NCBI GenBank assembly: GCA_951406725.2 | Contig: OX597828.1 | Coordinates: 16,492,001-16,556,000 of the forward strand | Direction: 5' to 3' | Length of the DNA stretch: 64,000 bases | Origin: Octopus vulgaris | Taxonomy: Eukaryota | In this document: piece after piece, positions 41,912-57,097 of the stretch | Position numbering within the stretch: position 1 is the stretch's first letter | Layout of the letters: each line of letters opens with the position of its first letter | Notes under the pieces: model-generated | What the model was told of the DNA's origin: nothing | The model's database searches: none | Seen by the model: the letters and a program-made list of their open reading frames with translations, nothing else | Made by a program: the position numbers and the translations under genes

Positions 41912-42276
41912 CACACATATATGAAACATCGTCCGTTTTTCCGTCATTGTTTCGTATACATTCGATCCTTTTTCCAAGGAATCTAATGTTCTTAGCTTAG
42001 TTTTCCTTGGTGCTGACCAGATTGGAGTAATCTCAAGATTAATCAGCCGAAATTTCGAGGATGATCCGGTTCTTGACTGAATATTAAAGGCTTCGAATGA
42101 CCCGTCCGTGTTTTTCGTATCGTCTATTTAGATGTTTTGCGTTCTTGTCCCATTTTGTATATATATACATATATACGACGGGCTTCTTTCAGTTGTCCAG
42201 TGTACCACGCAGAGAGAGTGATCCAGGAGCTATGTGGTTAGGAAGCAAACTTCTTACCACACACCCACTCCTGTGA

Positions 42277-42277
<1 letters not shown>
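41670..42277 (-). mobile_element. SINE family A copy interrupted at its microsatellite by another repeat (41925-42160)
   Basis: Tail half 41670-41880; internally deleted head half 42170-42277. Confidence 0.8.
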
Positions 42278-42356
<79 letters not shown>

Positions 42357-42373
42357 GTATATGTATATACATG

Positions 42374-42507
<134 letters not shown>

Positions 42508-42515
42508 CATACACA

Positions 42516-42724
42516 TGTGACCTCGTGAGCACCGCCAGCAATTTTTTTTTTCCTCTGTCTTTCCTTCTCGGGATCTTTCCTTCTCCTTTGTTTCCGACGA
42601 AGAGCTCCGCTCGAAACGTTAAACCCTCCTTCTTCCCTTCTTTCCTGAGCGTCCAATAATACTTTATTTGTCCCACGTCCTCGCGTTGCTGTGTTTTTTT
42701 TTTGTTTTCTTGTTTGGATTAACT
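42516..42724 (+). mobile_element. Short Penelope-like element with minimal hammerhead (42590-42624, U4 to C)
   Basis: gttt-CCGACGA-a-GAGC-tcc-GCTC-GAAA-CG-TT-aaac. Inserted within (TA)n; same family as 500-700. Confidence 0.7.
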
Positions 42725-42745
42725 TTATATATATATGTATATATA

Positions 42746-42790
<45 letters not shown>

Positions 42791-43673
42791 GTATGTACAT
42801 ATTGTATGTGGTGGTCAAATTTACTCTAAGGAAAGGCTGTCCGAAACGTTCGATATTCCATTCAACCAGTAACTTCATAGTAACTGTTTCGGTCACTTCT
42901 TCAAATCATATGTGTGTGTGTGTGTGTGTGCGTGTGTACATGTGCGTGTGTGTGCATGTGTGTGTGTGTGTGTGTGTGCGCGTGTGTACATGAATGTGTG
43001 TGTGTATGGTTGTGTGCAGTTTTCAATTTCCACCCCCACCCCCACCAAACTCTTTTTTGTTTTTTTTTTCTTGCCGACTATATTTTTATCGGTTAAATTT
43101 TAGTTCTTTATTCATGTCTCACCTAGTATTGATTTATTGATTTCCAGTGTATATATCTCTATATCGATTTCTTGATTTTTCTTGATTTCTTAAATCCTAG
43201 CACCATGTCTGTGAGAGAATGGTTTCTGTTCAACGAAATTTGACCAGTGTATTACGACTACATTATTTATTCAAATACAGACAAATTAAAGTAAACACTA
43301 CACTCTCTCAGTAACCTTAACAATGTTTACACAACTAAACTGATTTCTCACTGAATATAGATCAGTAAATGTATTCTTGTTTACCTTCATTCTTTTATTC
43401 TTTTATTCTCATATTCTTTTTCTTGCTTCAGTCATTGTGATGCGATCATGGTGGCGGAACGCCTTGAATTCGATTATGCTAACCCCAGTAATCATTTTTA
43501 TGTGCGTTACTTACATAATTGAGCGATGTTTGCCGGAGTGCTAAGTGAGGGGGATGGTCGTAAATAATGATGCATACAATTATAATACACACAAATATAT
43601 ATATAAATATAGACACACAAGACACACGTATATACGTATACCTACGCTATAAATGTGTGTCTCAGTGTGCATA

Positions 43674-44156
43674 GCTATATATATAAAACTCAACTTGTGT
43701 GTCTGTGTGTTTAACTTCCCGGCACATCTTCTCCTAGCCAACAAATCGTAGAACCGCCAAAAATGGGTCACTTAAAGTTTAGGTGAATGAAAATTGAACT
43801 GCGCTATTTCTGTTCCGAAATTCATCTCGCATGTGCAAAAATCGATAATGTGTTTGTTTAGGCCTTATCCCATGCATTGAATAGTGAACTTTACTCAGTC
43901 AGCTGTTTGAAGTGTACTGTGTTCACAACGCGTGCAAGAATGCGTAAATTGCATGAAAAATAAATAATCAAGATATAAAAACGAATCGCCGTAAACGTTG
44001 TAGAAATTCTGCAAAGAAATGAATTTTCGGGATGTAGCCTGGATGGTTTTTCGTATTAATCGTTTGGACTTTGTGAACACATACCAATAGTTTTCATAAC
44101 ATTTTTAACGCTTTGAATTAAATGTGACCATTTTGCAAAGCCGGGCAATACTGCTA

Positions 44157-44157
<1 letters not shown>
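43674..44157 (+). mobile_element. Non-autonomous Helitron
   Basis: 5' ctatatatataaaactcaacttgtgtgtctg; 3' gcaaagccgggcaatactg-CTAG|T. Termini parallel those of 28320-28759. Confidence 0.72.
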
Positions 44158-44238
<81 letters not shown>

Positions 44239-44246
44239 GTGTGTGA

Positions 44247-44473
44247 AGGCGCATGGCTCGGTGATTAGAGCATCGAGGTTACGATTGCGAGGTTGTAAGT
44301 TCGATTTACGGACGGGGCTGCGTGTTGTGTTCTAGAGCAAGACACTTTATTTCACATTGCTCCCGTTAACTCAGCTGTAGAACTGAGTTGCGACATCACT
44401 GGTGCCAAGCTCTATCGGCCTTTGCCTTTCCCTTGGATAACATCAGTGGTGTGGAGAGGGCAAGCTGGTATGC

Positions 44474-44475
<2 letters not shown>
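44247..44475 (+). mobile_element. tRNA-derived SINE with CORE-like domain (family E)
   Basis: ggcgcatggctcggtgattagagc (A box)...aagttcgatt (B box)...gtgttgtgttctagagcaagacactttatttcac...ctcagctgtag. Confidence 0.72.
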
Positions 44476-44529
<54 letters not shown>

Positions 44530-44530
<1 letters not shown>

Positions 44531-44636
44531 GGTGAGGGCGTGCTATCTTTGGCACTTATCGTCTGCTATAGCCTCGGACCAACCGAAGCCTTGTGTGTGA
44601 ATTTTGTAGACAAGAAGTGAAAAAATCCCGTCCTAT

Positions 44637-44686
<50 letters not shown>

Positions 44687-45410
44687 ACACACACACACAC
44701 ACACACACAAATATATATATATATATATGGTTATATTTATGTGTGTGTCTTTGTTTCCATGTTTGTCAATCCATCAGGCTTGACAATCGGAGTTAGTGTG
44801 TTTATGCCCCCGTAACTTAGCGGCTCGGCAAAATAAAACGATAGAATGAGCACTAGACTAAAAGTATAAGTCCTGGTGTCGATTTATTCGACTAAAACAC
44901 TCGAAGACGGTGCTCTAGCATGGCCGCAGTCAAATGACGGAAGCTTGTAAAGGAATAAAAGAAAATGTGTATGTGTGTAAGGCGGCGAGCTGGCAGAAAC
45001 GTTAGCACGCCGGGCGAAATGCTTAGCAGTATTTCGTCTGCTGCTACGTCCTCAGTTCAAATTCCGCCGAGGTCGACTTTGCCTTTTATCCTTTCGGGGT
45101 CGATAAATTAAGTACCATTTACGCACTGGTGTCGATGTAGTCGACTCAATCGCTTTGTCTGTCCTTGTTTGTCCCCTCCATGTTTAGCCCCTTGTGGGCA
45201 ATAAAGAAATAAGAATCTTTAGCACGCTATCCAAAATGCTTAGTGGTATTTCGTCTGTCTTTATGTTCTGAGTTCAAATTTCGCAGAGGTCGATTTTGCC
45301 TTTCATCGCTTCGGGGTCGATATATTAAATAGCAGTTGCGTACTGAGGTCGATCTAATCAACTGGCCCCTCCCTCCAAATTTCGGGCTTTGTACCCTGTG
45401 TAGAAAAGAA
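44530..45410 (+). mobile_element. SINE A (44530-44960) followed by two tandem SINE B copies (44981-45212, 45213-45410)
   Basis: Matches to the family A and B copies described above. Confidence 0.85.
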
Positions 45411-45481
45411 TATTTGTATGTGTGTATGCATATGTAAGTAAACACACACATACACACGTATAATTTCAATCGGGTGTTTAC

Positions 45482-45558
45482 CTTATTAAGTTCTTCTGCA
45501 GGTACAGTCAACCAGACGGACGGTAATCCGGAGCTTGTCTGTGTTCCCAAACACATGA
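45482..45558 (-). CDS. Candidate exon (phase 1-0): xMCLGTQTSSGLPSVWLTVPAEELNK
   Basis: Acceptor gaatttttcag, donor AAG|GTAAAC, 77 nt. Only one frame open; joins in frame to 39465. Confidence 0.6.
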
Positions 45559-45861
45559 CTGAAAAATTCACAAGTATCTGCAGAGCATTTACAATTACAA
45601 ATAAGAAAGGAGTGATGAGATCCTTTTTTTACATAAATTTATTACATTAATTTCTGGAAATGAATTTTTAAACAATTCTGATGAGTTGAATTCGAAACCT
45701 CTTGAATAAATTGTTGCATATAATATTACATAATATAACAATATTCATGAGATCAAATTCCAATAAAACAGATGTAAATTAATATTATAAAAGGACTTGC
45801 AGACTCCATTTTCCCTGTTAATATAACAAAAGCACAGGCATACAAACGTATATATGTATAT

Positions 45862-45916
<55 letters not shown>

Positions 45917-45928
45917 TATATGCATATA

Positions 45929-45977
<49 letters not shown>

Positions 45978-45979
45978 GC

Positions 45980-46010
<31 letters not shown>

Positions 46011-46051
46011 GCATATATATATATTATATATATATATATTATATGCATATA

Positions 46052-46134
<83 letters not shown>

Positions 46135-46143
46135 TAATATATG

Positions 46144-46221
<78 letters not shown>

Positions 46222-46269
46222 CACCCCTCCCCTACATATTTATATATATATATATACTCACATATATAT

Positions 46270-46662
46270 GAGTTGCCGTGTGGGTAAAAGCTTGCTTCCG
46301 AACCACTTAGTTTCTGGTTCAGTCCCACTGCGTGGCACCTTTGGTCAGTGTCTTCTACTATAGCTTCGGGCCGATCAAAGCCTTGTATGTGGATTTGGTA
46401 GTTGGAAACTGAAAGAATCCCTTCGTTTATGTATACATAAATATATATGTGTATTTGTCTATCTGTGTTTGTCCCCCCCACACCATCGCTTGACATTCGA
46501 TGCAGGTGTGTTTACGTCCCCGTAACCTAGCGGTTCGGCATAAGAGACCGATAGAATAAGTGCTAGGCTCACAAAGAGTAAGACATGGGGTCGATTTCTT
46601 CGACTGGGAGGTGGTGCTCCGGCATGGCTGCAGTCAAATGACTGAAACAAATAGAAGAGTAA
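46270..46662 (+). mobile_element. SINE family A
   Basis: Full-length diverged copy. Confidence 0.88.
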
Positions 46663-46674
46663 AAGCCCCCCCCA

Positions 46675-46713
<39 letters not shown>

Positions 46714-47208
46714 GCACGCACACACACACACACAAACACACGCACATATATATATATAAGACTGCCTAAAATACCGGGCAGTGAGACCGAACCTCTAACA
46801 AGAAGGCCGTGGAGCAAACTATCTAATCACATAACTAAGAGATTACTGATTTCTGGTTGTTGTTGCGGATGTTGTTGTTGTTGAGTCCAAAAAGGCCGTG
46901 ATCGAACAGGCTTATGCACAAAAGTTTCCAGCCATGACCTTCCCATCGTTTATTTAGATATATTCTTCGTTCCGTGGACTACACACGTTTTCATGTATTC
47001 TTTTATTTTTAGGATAAGAGTGTGTAATTTGAGATGGGCTTAATGTATGGCTGTGTGGTTAAGGAGTTACCTTTGAAACCATGTGTTTCGTGTTCCATCC
47101 CATTGTGCGACACCTCGGGAGAATGTCTTCTGCTAGAGTCCTGGCCCCACCAATGCATTACGAGTGAATTTCGTAGATGGAAATATATATGTATATATTT
47201 GTATGTAT

Positions 47209-47615
47209 AGGCGTAGGAGTGGTTGTGTGGTATGTAGCTTGCTTAAAAACCACATGGTTCCAGATTCAGTCCCATTGCGTGGCACCTTGGGCAAGTGTCT
47301 TCTACTATAGCGTCAAACCGACCAAAGCCTTGTGAGTGGATTTGGTAGACTGAAACTGAAAGAAGCCCGTCGTATATATGTATATATATGAGTGTGTGTG
47401 CATATGCTTGTGTGTCTGTGTTTCTCCCCCCAACATCACTTGACAACCGATGCTGGTGCGTATATGTCTGCGTAACCTAGCGGTTCGGCAAAACAGACCG
47501 ATAGAATAAGTACTAGGCTTACAAAGAATAAGTCCAGGGGTCGATTTCCTCGACTAAAGACGGTGCTCCAGCATGACCTCAGTCAAATGACTGAAACAAG
47601 TAAAAGTGTAGATGA
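47209..47615 (+). mobile_element. SINE family A (preceded by an older head fragment 47045-47182, followed by an extra tail 47630-47715)
   Basis: ggcgtaggagtggttgtgtgg...gactgaaacaagtaaaag. Confidence 0.9.
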
Positions 47616-48117
47616 GTAAAAAAAAAAAGCAAGTACTGGTGTCAATTTGCTGAAGTAAACACTTCAAGGTGGTGCCCCAGCATGACCGCAGTCTAATGAC
47701 TGACACAAGTAAAACATAAATGATAATAAATAAAAGCTGCTACATTCATAAAGACTTATTCGTTCCCGGAAGTCAATGTTGCTGTAATCAAAAGGAATAA
47801 ATATGGCCGATCTTTAAATGCAAAGCACTGAAGGAAGTCAGCTAAGGAGAAGCATACATCTTGTTCTATAAGGGCTTCCTGCAAGTCTTAAAATAAACAT
47901 ATTAAAGAACCCTGTCTATAGTTCCCATTATACCATTTTATATCCCAGAAGAACATTGGGTAAGGGTACGTAGAAGTAATTTCTGTCTGACAATCTCGAC
48001 TTACAGATATGAACATTTACTAAGCAGGTTCATCCACTTTGGGAATATGTGTGCGTATGTGTGTGTATATTTACATATATATGTATATACATTATATATA
48101 TATAATGTATGTATGTA

Positions 48118-48161
<44 letters not shown>

Positions 48162-48507
48162 CATACATATATACATATATATATACACATGTGCATATAT
48201 ATAGATATATTTGTATTATAAACATATAAACACACATATATATATACATACACATATACACACATATATATAAATATATATATATACATGCATACACATA
48301 ATATATACATACACACCCAGCCATATGTATATACACATACATGACACACACACATATATGTATATATATATTTATGTATATGCTTGTGTATGTATATATA
48401 TACACAGTTGTAAAGAATAAATGAACTCTTGGGACACGATCTACGCGTGTTGAACAACTAAATAAACAGTCTATTAAACAGAAAGCGCAAATCGTTCTTA
48501 GACTCTA

Positions 48508-48552
<45 letters not shown>

Positions 48553-49634
48553 TACACACCACACACACACACTGGCACAGAGAGATATGCATTTATACCC
48601 ATTTATTCACACGCTGAAATCCGAACTGATGGAAGACGTTCTCGAAAAGAGGAAGTATTTGTTTATAATCCCATCTAAGGTCACCGAAATAACTGTGATT
48701 GATAATAAACAGCACCATTTTTTATAACTCATTATTTTATTTTATTTTGTTAGTTCAAGGTAAGGCAACCACTAGTACAAGTTCCGGTGAACGTTTATCA
48801 CGTGACACCTCCGCCCTAAACCTTCCTTCATCGCCATTATCTTCGTTTTCTCCACCCATTTATTACATGACTGTCAGTAATGATCTGTTTTAATTTTCAG
48901 TTGGTAAACACGTGTTACTGGGTTCCGGGTATTAATATTTGATAATGATTATTTTTTCCCTTCATTCCGTTCTTGTTTATTTATTTTATTTGTATATTTA
49001 TTCATACATTTTATTCTTTTCTCATCCATCCCCAAGACTTACTTTCTCCCTGCCAATTCATTTCTGAAGACTTTATCTCGCCTTATCTTCTTCCCTCGTC
49101 ATATTTCAACAAGAATATGATAGCATTTCTTTTGGAGCGAATCCAATTCTATCCTTCATTCGAGACCTCCGACATATTGATTTTTTTTTTATCCATGCAA
49201 ATAGTTTAGGAATTTTAAAGATATAAATCTGCTTCAATTATAGTACCAACTTTCGAAAGATTTATTATTGTCATAACTCAAGCAATTTACTTTATCTCCT
49301 TTGTATTTAAGATGTATTTAAAGATTTATTTAAGATCAATCTTATCTCTATCTTTAATCCCTACAAAGTTATATTTTATTTATTCTGTATTATTTTATTT
49401 CCAAATTCTTTCTTTTCTCTGAGTTTGTTTTTCTCTTTGCTTTGGCTAACTTTATCCATGTTGGCTTCTACTTCCCTAGGTTAAAACGTACTCTATCTTT
49501 AAAGAAACGGCAAACGGGAAGAACTATTTTCATGACATTTTATATGAGAGCAGCGATTTGTTTAACTTGGAATTGAAACCAAAATCACATTATCGGCTTG
49601 CTGGAACATGTATTTATTTATTTGTTGTTTGTTG

Positions 49635-49898
49635 CTTCTCGACCAACGCCTGGCTCATAAGGGCCGGTTTCCCGGTTTCCTTGGCGCATAGGTTCCGCAC
49701 CTGGACGGGACGCCGGTGGAAAGAGTGATAGAAAGTTGTGGCGAAAGAGTCTGCCGAAATTCGCCATTACCTTCTACCGGAGCCGCGTGGAGCTTAGGTG
49801 CTTCGCTCATAAACACACACATTGCCCGCTCTGAGTTTCGAACCCGCGATCCCTCGACCACAAGTCCGCTGCTCTAACCACTAGGCCATGTACCTCCA
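49635..49898 (-). mobile_element. SINE family C (internal deletion)
   Basis: Reverse complement of 12371-12672. Confidence 0.86.
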
Positions 49899-49984
49899 CT
49901 GTATTTATTTATTTATTTATTTATTTATTCATTAATGTATTGTTATTGTTTCAGTTGGAAGTACAAAACTGTCATTCCATATCA

Positions 49985-50645
49985 GTAACTTTTGATATGT
50001 GGACATATAGAAGAATGTTAGGTCTATCTTGGACAAAGCAAAACAAAAGTGCTGCATCTAGCAAACACGAAACACGATTACTTTCACCTGTTAACAATAG
50101 TTGAAAGTACTTTGATCACACAGTAAGAGCACAAGATATGCGAAGGCTGTTGTGTGAAGGAAAGATAAATGGCAAACAATCAAGAGGAAAAACCAACAAC
50201 AAGCTTGTTTGATGAAATCAAGGAGTGGACTAAACTATTATATCGTGAATGATATTGACAAAAACTCTGACAATCTAGAAGCTTTTGATATATGGACATA
50301 ATAGGAATGTTAAGGATATCTTGGACTAAGCATAAACTTAACGAAGAAGTGCTACAACTGGCAAAAGCATAAACGATAGTTACTCTCTCTTTCAACTATT
50401 ATAAAAAAGGGGAACCTCAAGTACTTTGGTCACATACTAAGAGCATACGGCATGCAATGACTATTGCTACAAGGAAAGATAAATGGCAAATACTCAAGAG
50501 GATGTCCTACCAGAAACTGGTTTGATAACATCAAGGACTGGAAGAAATTGTCATGTGGCGAATGTCTAAGAATGGCAAAGAAAAGCCCCGAATGATAATC
50601 CTTGTAATTAAAACTGCTGAGAGGAGATGACATCTAATAATGATG
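49985..50645 (+). mobile_element. Two tandem decayed 3' ends of an RTE-clade LINE
   Basis: MWTYRRMLGLSWTK... and LEAFDIWT.RMLRISWTKHKLNEEVL...LKYFGHILRA...LLQGKINGKYSRGCPTRNWFDNIKDW, a typical RTE C-terminus. Confidence 0.82.
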
Positions 50646-51461
50646 AATGCAGATAATGTTTAGCTTCAGCAGCTCTAAATAGACGGATGGGAGATAAGCG
50701 AAGGGAGGAAATGAATTCTAACGGTGTTTGTGGGCAGGCTGGCTGAGTATTACCTTTCAGGACTTACAAGACCGATGTGTTTGATGCTGTTAATTTTCCG
50801 TGTAAACTGATGCAGATCAACATATGGCAGACAGATTTGAGTAGAGAGAAGTTTCAAGAAGTCTCATGTTCCGTGGAGAAATAACTGGAAAGTATGGTTA
50901 GTGTGGAGCCGATGTATTGGGCACAACAGTAGTGATGAGATCTGAGAGATGAGTAGGTCAGTGATGTTTGAGGGATACAAGACATTCTGAGAAAGAGCTA
51001 CAGAGCTCGCCCCATCATGACTTATATTTTTCTTAGATTTTAAAGTTGTAATAGGAGAGTGGTGTGAGCAAAATGTTATAACACTGTGGTAAATGCATTA
51101 TCAGTACTCAGTTTTGTCCTTCTATGATATGGGTTCAAATCTAAAAAAATCTACAGAGTATTCTTAATACCTGGACATAATCTGAGGTCAAATATATCCA
51201 CGTTCACACAGTTATGTGAACTTGTGCCAATATCAGGAAACCGTATGAATTCCTCAAATATGTAAACAGAGCATACCGAAAATGGTAGTGGAAGAAACTG
51301 ATCTCATGTTCTTAAAACTTATGCCAACAATGAGCAAGAAGCTCACGACCCCTGGAAAAACCTCTTCTGTGCATTCTGTGTTACTGTTGGCATTACAATC
51401 CTACTTGGATAGACATTGGCTCTGGTTCACCTTAATCATCCAATAAAGCTACAATGTAGAC

Positions 51462-51856
51462 AGGCGCATGAGTGGCTGTGTGGTAAGTAGCTCGCTTACG
51501 AACCACATGGTTCCGGGTTCAGTCCTACTGCGTGGCACCTCGGGAAAGTATCTTCTACTATAGCCTCGGGTCGACCAAAGCCTTGTGAGTGGATTTGGTA
51601 GACGGACACTGAAAGAAACCCGTCGTATATATGTATATGTATATATATATATATGTGTGTTTATGTTTGTTCCCCTCAACATGGCTTGACATCCGATGTT
51701 GGTTTGTTTACGTTCCCGTAACGCAGCGGTCCGGCAAGAGAGACCGATAGAATAAGTACTAGACTTACAAAGAATAAGTCCTGGTGTCGATTTGCTCGAC
51801 TAAAGGCGGTGCTCCAGCTTGGCCGCAGTCAAATGACTGAAACGAGTACAAGAGTA
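51462..51856 (+). mobile_element. SINE family A
   Basis: Full-length copy. Confidence 0.92.
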
Positions 51857-52567
51857 GTTGTACAGAATGTGACAGCAGACGGGTATCCAGGAGTTATGAA
51901 CTAGATAAAGCCCAGCCTCCTTAGAATGTAGGAAGCTAAGGGCCGAAACATTTGCATGAGGAAAGTTTCCTCTCTGAAGACCTTCCGCTGTTCAACTCTC
52001 TTTTCAGTTCCTTACAACCTGAATGCGCTTCAGTCATAACCATTTTGACTTGGATATAAAGAACGACATTCTTCAATGTTTTGTCTCATTTTCCAAAACA
52101 ATAACGTGGAAAGTAAAGGAGGTTTGACTGAGATTTTTAGCATGCCGATCAACCACGTGGAAGATCCCTTGTTGACTCGAGAAAGTGTTTTCTTTTACCT
52201 AGGGCGGCCTAAAGTACGGTTAAAGTTAATCCGTATTTGTGTGTATGTCAGTGTACATTCAGGATAAGGGAATGGATCATCGAAAGAAGTACCAGTGCTG
52301 CATTGAGGGATTTTCCTCCCAAATATCATTTTCTAAATTGGGTAAGTTGAAACTAAATGTAATAATTTATGCGTTAAACCTGCAATATTAGTTGAATGAT
52401 AAATATATTTGCATTGGTGTGTATGTATTATATACATATGCGTGTGTGTGTGTGTGTTTATAAACATATGGATTAGTGCATGTGTATATATCGGTATATA
52501 TAATGTTTAGTATATATATTTGCATTAAATATTCTCATATGCGGCATCAATATAGAATATACATATA

Positions 52568-52870
52568 TCACGTGACCGACCAGGCTGGCAGATGTTGCTA
52601 CACATCGCTGGTCACAATGCGCTTCGCATTGTTTTAGCCTTCAAGTGACGTCACCCCGCTGGCTAAACGAGCGGGCCAACAGAAGAAAGAGTGAGAGAAA
52701 GTTGTGGCGAAAGAGTACAGCAGGGATCGCCACCACTACCCCCTGCTGGAGCCTCGTGGAACTTTTAGGTGTTTTCGCTCAATAAACACTCACAACGCCC
52801 GGTCTGGAAATCGAAACCGAGATCCTACGACGGCGAGTCCGTTGCCCTAACCACTGGGGCATTGCTCCAC
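52568..52870 (-). mobile_element. SINE family D
   Basis: Matches 20368-20657. Confidence 0.88.
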
Positions 52871-54315
52871 ATATATAATGCGTTATAATGGGTGTATAAA
52901 CTCATACATAATGTATGCATGTATATATAATATGGCATAGTAACTACTTACACACAAGCATATTTACACCCTTCGTATATAATATTGTATACGCACCAGC
53001 GCGCGCGTCTCTGCGTGTTTGCGTGGGCATATGTATGTGCAGCTATATGCGCTGTGATATTGGATTTGCAAGTCCTGATAACCCTCAAAGCATTAGAGTC
53101 ATACCGGAAGTGTTTCACAGAGACAAAAGGCATGAGATTAATGACACAATGCAAAAAGCCTAGTCGTTATAATTATCGAAATAAAGTCACTTCAGAGCCG
53201 CCTGCCTGGAAAAACAACAAAAACTAAATGAAAATATAGAGGGCGTGGGGAATGGAGATCGACTGGAACAGTGAAAAGAGCAACAACAAAATATAAACAA
53301 AAAAAAAAAGCATAAAAATAAAAGAAACCGGATTCTGAACGAACATCCGTCAAAATTCTGGTGATGGCAAATGAAATAACTTTATGCACAGAATTAGAAA
53401 TAGATGAAGGAATATTAGCGAAGGAAATGAAGACGTCGAAGAACTAAATATTTAACGTTTTTACGAAAACCAAATAAATATTTAATGGCAAAATTATACC
53501 CCTGCGGTGCCGCGCATTATTCGAAGAAGTTACAATGATACAGAAACAGTAAGGTTCAGAATATAACCAATCTGCAAAACGAAGAACATTAGCAAAATTA
53601 ATACTAAAACGTTTATGTAATTTGTTTTGTAAGATTCTTGATGTGAAGACGTGTGTTGAAATAGATATTGTTTTACTTAGAGATGGTCATCATTTGTTAA
53701 TTATATTCACGCACTATTTATTTGAGCATTGCTTTAGCTTTATTCTTTTACTCTTTTACGCGTTTCAGTCATTTGACCGCGGCCATACTGGACCACTGGT
53801 TTTAGTCGAAGAAACTTATTCTTTGCAAGCCTCTTTTGCCGAACCGCTAAGTTTCTGGGGTTATAAACACACCAGCAGTTGCATATTTTTTTCCTTTAGC
53901 TTATTTCTCCGTCAAACTACTTTCAACTCTCTCTCTCTCTGTTCCATGTGTCTCCTTTTGCACTGCATACATCACACTGTGGGTTATGTATATCTTTATC
54001 TGTGCATGCAATTGCGTCTCCGTCTGTCTACGTGTGTTTGGTATGTGCGTCACGTATGAGTATATACAACGTTACACCGAACTAAAAACTAAAACACTAC
54101 ACCGAAAAGACTCCGAAGACGTTAAAGTTTTATAGTACCAATCAGCGTAAAACATGCTTAGAGGTGCGTTTGGTAGCACAAATTTGCACACATTTGGGAA
54201 CATGATAAAAAGCAGTGTTGTGCGATGGCATAACTCAATTGAATTAGTAATCTTTCAGGCTTTATTTTAAAAATTAAATTCTTAGTGTGTGAATGTGTTT
54301 ATAATTTATTTCAGA

Positions 54316-54379
<64 letters not shown>

Positions 54380-55391
54380 ATATACTAATCTTGAAGACGC
54401 CCTTCGGCTGGCGTTCCAAGTAGCTCTTATGGAGGGCACCTTTGAGTCATTCGACCACTAACTACAAAATGTAAATATCCGTACTACCACACCTGTTATA
54501 ACTCTTTATCTCTCTCTCTTTTTACTCTTTTACTTGTTTCAGTCATTTGACTGTGGCCATGCTGGAGCACCGCCTTTAGTCGAGCAAATCGACCCTGGGA
54601 CTTATTCTTTGTAAGCCTAGTACTTATTCTATCGGTCTCTTTTGCCGAACCGCTAAGTGACGATTTGAATCTACGTGAAGGTATTTAGATTGCCCAAACT
54701 TATTTATGCAAATGTACTAAGCACTGATGCTGATCATAGTTTGATCAATAAGTGTAGGGGTGAGGAAAATGCATAAAAAATAAGCCACATTGAGTCCCCA
54801 CTTAAGCGGCCCTTCAGAAACTGAACTTCCTTAAAATACTCTCTGAAAGTCCATGGTATGAAATTTATTGTGGTTGCTCCGATCTGGTCGCCAATGCCAT
54901 GTATTTAGTTTAAAATGCAATAAAAATGGGGTGGGGGTCAGCGGGACACGAATTAGGCGGCTACATTACGACATTCCATTGGATAAGAGAAGTTACTGGT
55001 CTGAATTTCATTGCCCTTGCTCCAACGGTCTAGGAGAAGTTAAGGAACATAAAAACGTAACGGACAGAGAATGATTACTCAAATTCAGAATAGGACAGGC
55101 GCACGCACACACACACACAGGCGCTCGCGCAGTCACGCATGCGCATCGTTCTTTATGTGTTTGTGTGTGCTTTTCTGTGAATAATTTTACGGCACTTCAG
55201 AACCAGAATCGGTTTGCTAATGCCAAGGTGCCTTAACGGTTGGGCAAAAATGCAAGCGAATCCAATAGAATAAGCACCAAGCGCTGTTTCAGCATGGCCA
55301 CCTTCATGTGAATGATAGAAAAGATCAAAATTAATAGCATACACCTAGATATATATACATATATATATAATACATAAATAAATATATATAT

Positions 55392-55790
<399 letters not shown>

Positions 55791-55792
55791 AT

Positions 55793-55826
<34 letters not shown>

Positions 55827-56171
55827 TATATGCATATAAATACATACATACATACATACATATATACATACATATATACATATATATGTATATACGCACA
55901 CATCTCCTACACACGTATATGTGTGTGTGAGCACGCGTGTTCTGTGTGAGGAATTGGAAAGGTATTGCTTTCCCCCAGCTAACTAGTCCTAATCAGTTTA
56001 CGCAAAGACCCACCAATGTGTTTGGATTGGAAAGCGATTAATTACGTGTGCGAGGAGAATATTCAGTTTGATCTTTTGGCGATTAGTGATTGAAAAGAAA
56101 ACTAATTACTCTCTCGCTCTCTTTCGCTCTCTCCTTCACTCACTCAGACACTCATTCACTCACCCACTCAT

Positions 56172-56215
<44 letters not shown>

Positions 56216-56216
56216 C

Positions 56217-56291
<75 letters not shown>

Positions 56292-56392
56292 TGGGTGGGA
56301 GAGACACACGCATATACATCCATCCATCCATCCTTCCATCCATCCATCCATACATTCATACATACATAAACATATATATATATATTCATATA

Positions 56393-56468
<76 letters not shown>

Positions 56469-56516
56469 CATACATACATGATACATTTACATACATATAC
56501 ATATAAATACATATAT

Positions 56517-56719
56517 TTTACTCTTTTACTTGTTTCGGTTATTTGACTGCGGCCATGCTGGAGCACCGCTTTTAATCGAGCATATCGACCCCAGGACTTA
56601 TTCTTTGTAAGCCTAGTACTTATTCTATCGGATCTCTTTTGCCGAACCGCTAGGATATGAGGACGTAATTACACCAGCAACTGTTGTCAAGCGATGTTGG
56701 GGAGACAAACACAGACACT

Positions 56720-56818
<99 letters not shown>

Positions 56819-56839
56819 ACACTCACACACGCACACACG

Positions 56840-56881
<42 letters not shown>

Positions 56882-57044
56882 CGACGGGCTTCTTTCAGTT
56901 TCCGTCTACCAAATCCACTCACAAGGCTTCGGTCGGCCCGAGGCTATAGTAGGAGAGACTTACCCAAGGTGCCACGCAGTGGGACTGAACCCGGAACCAT
57001 GTGGTTCGTAAGCAATCTACTTACCATTCAGCCACTCCTACGCC
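56517..57044 (-). mobile_element. SINE family A with expanded internal (CA)n
   Basis: Full-length copy. Confidence 0.92.
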
Positions 57045-57063
57045 TATATACATACATGCATGC

Positions 57064-57097
<34 letters not shown>

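Noticed and set aside
42820-42855. CTAAGGA-aaggctgtcc-GAAACGTT hammerhead-like string (similar weak strings at about 17600, 33165, 33470, 41215, 59687)
   Set aside because: Core mutated or one box missing and the stems are poor; at best decayed remnants.
48005-48040. Minus-strand MNLLSKCSY exon with GTAAGT donor as first coding exon of the candidate gene
   Set aside because: It ends in phase 2, and the 45558 exon is closed in that frame.
50720-51010. Possible minus-strand LINE 3' end
   Set aside because: The resemblance to an RT C-terminus is too degraded to support a call.
53105-53206. Minus-strand exon-like segment (ttttccag acceptor, MPFVSVKHFR, GTATGA donor); also acceptor at about 53572
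   Set aside because: The phase 2 end does not fit the next candidate exon. It could only be UTR or chance, with no further support.
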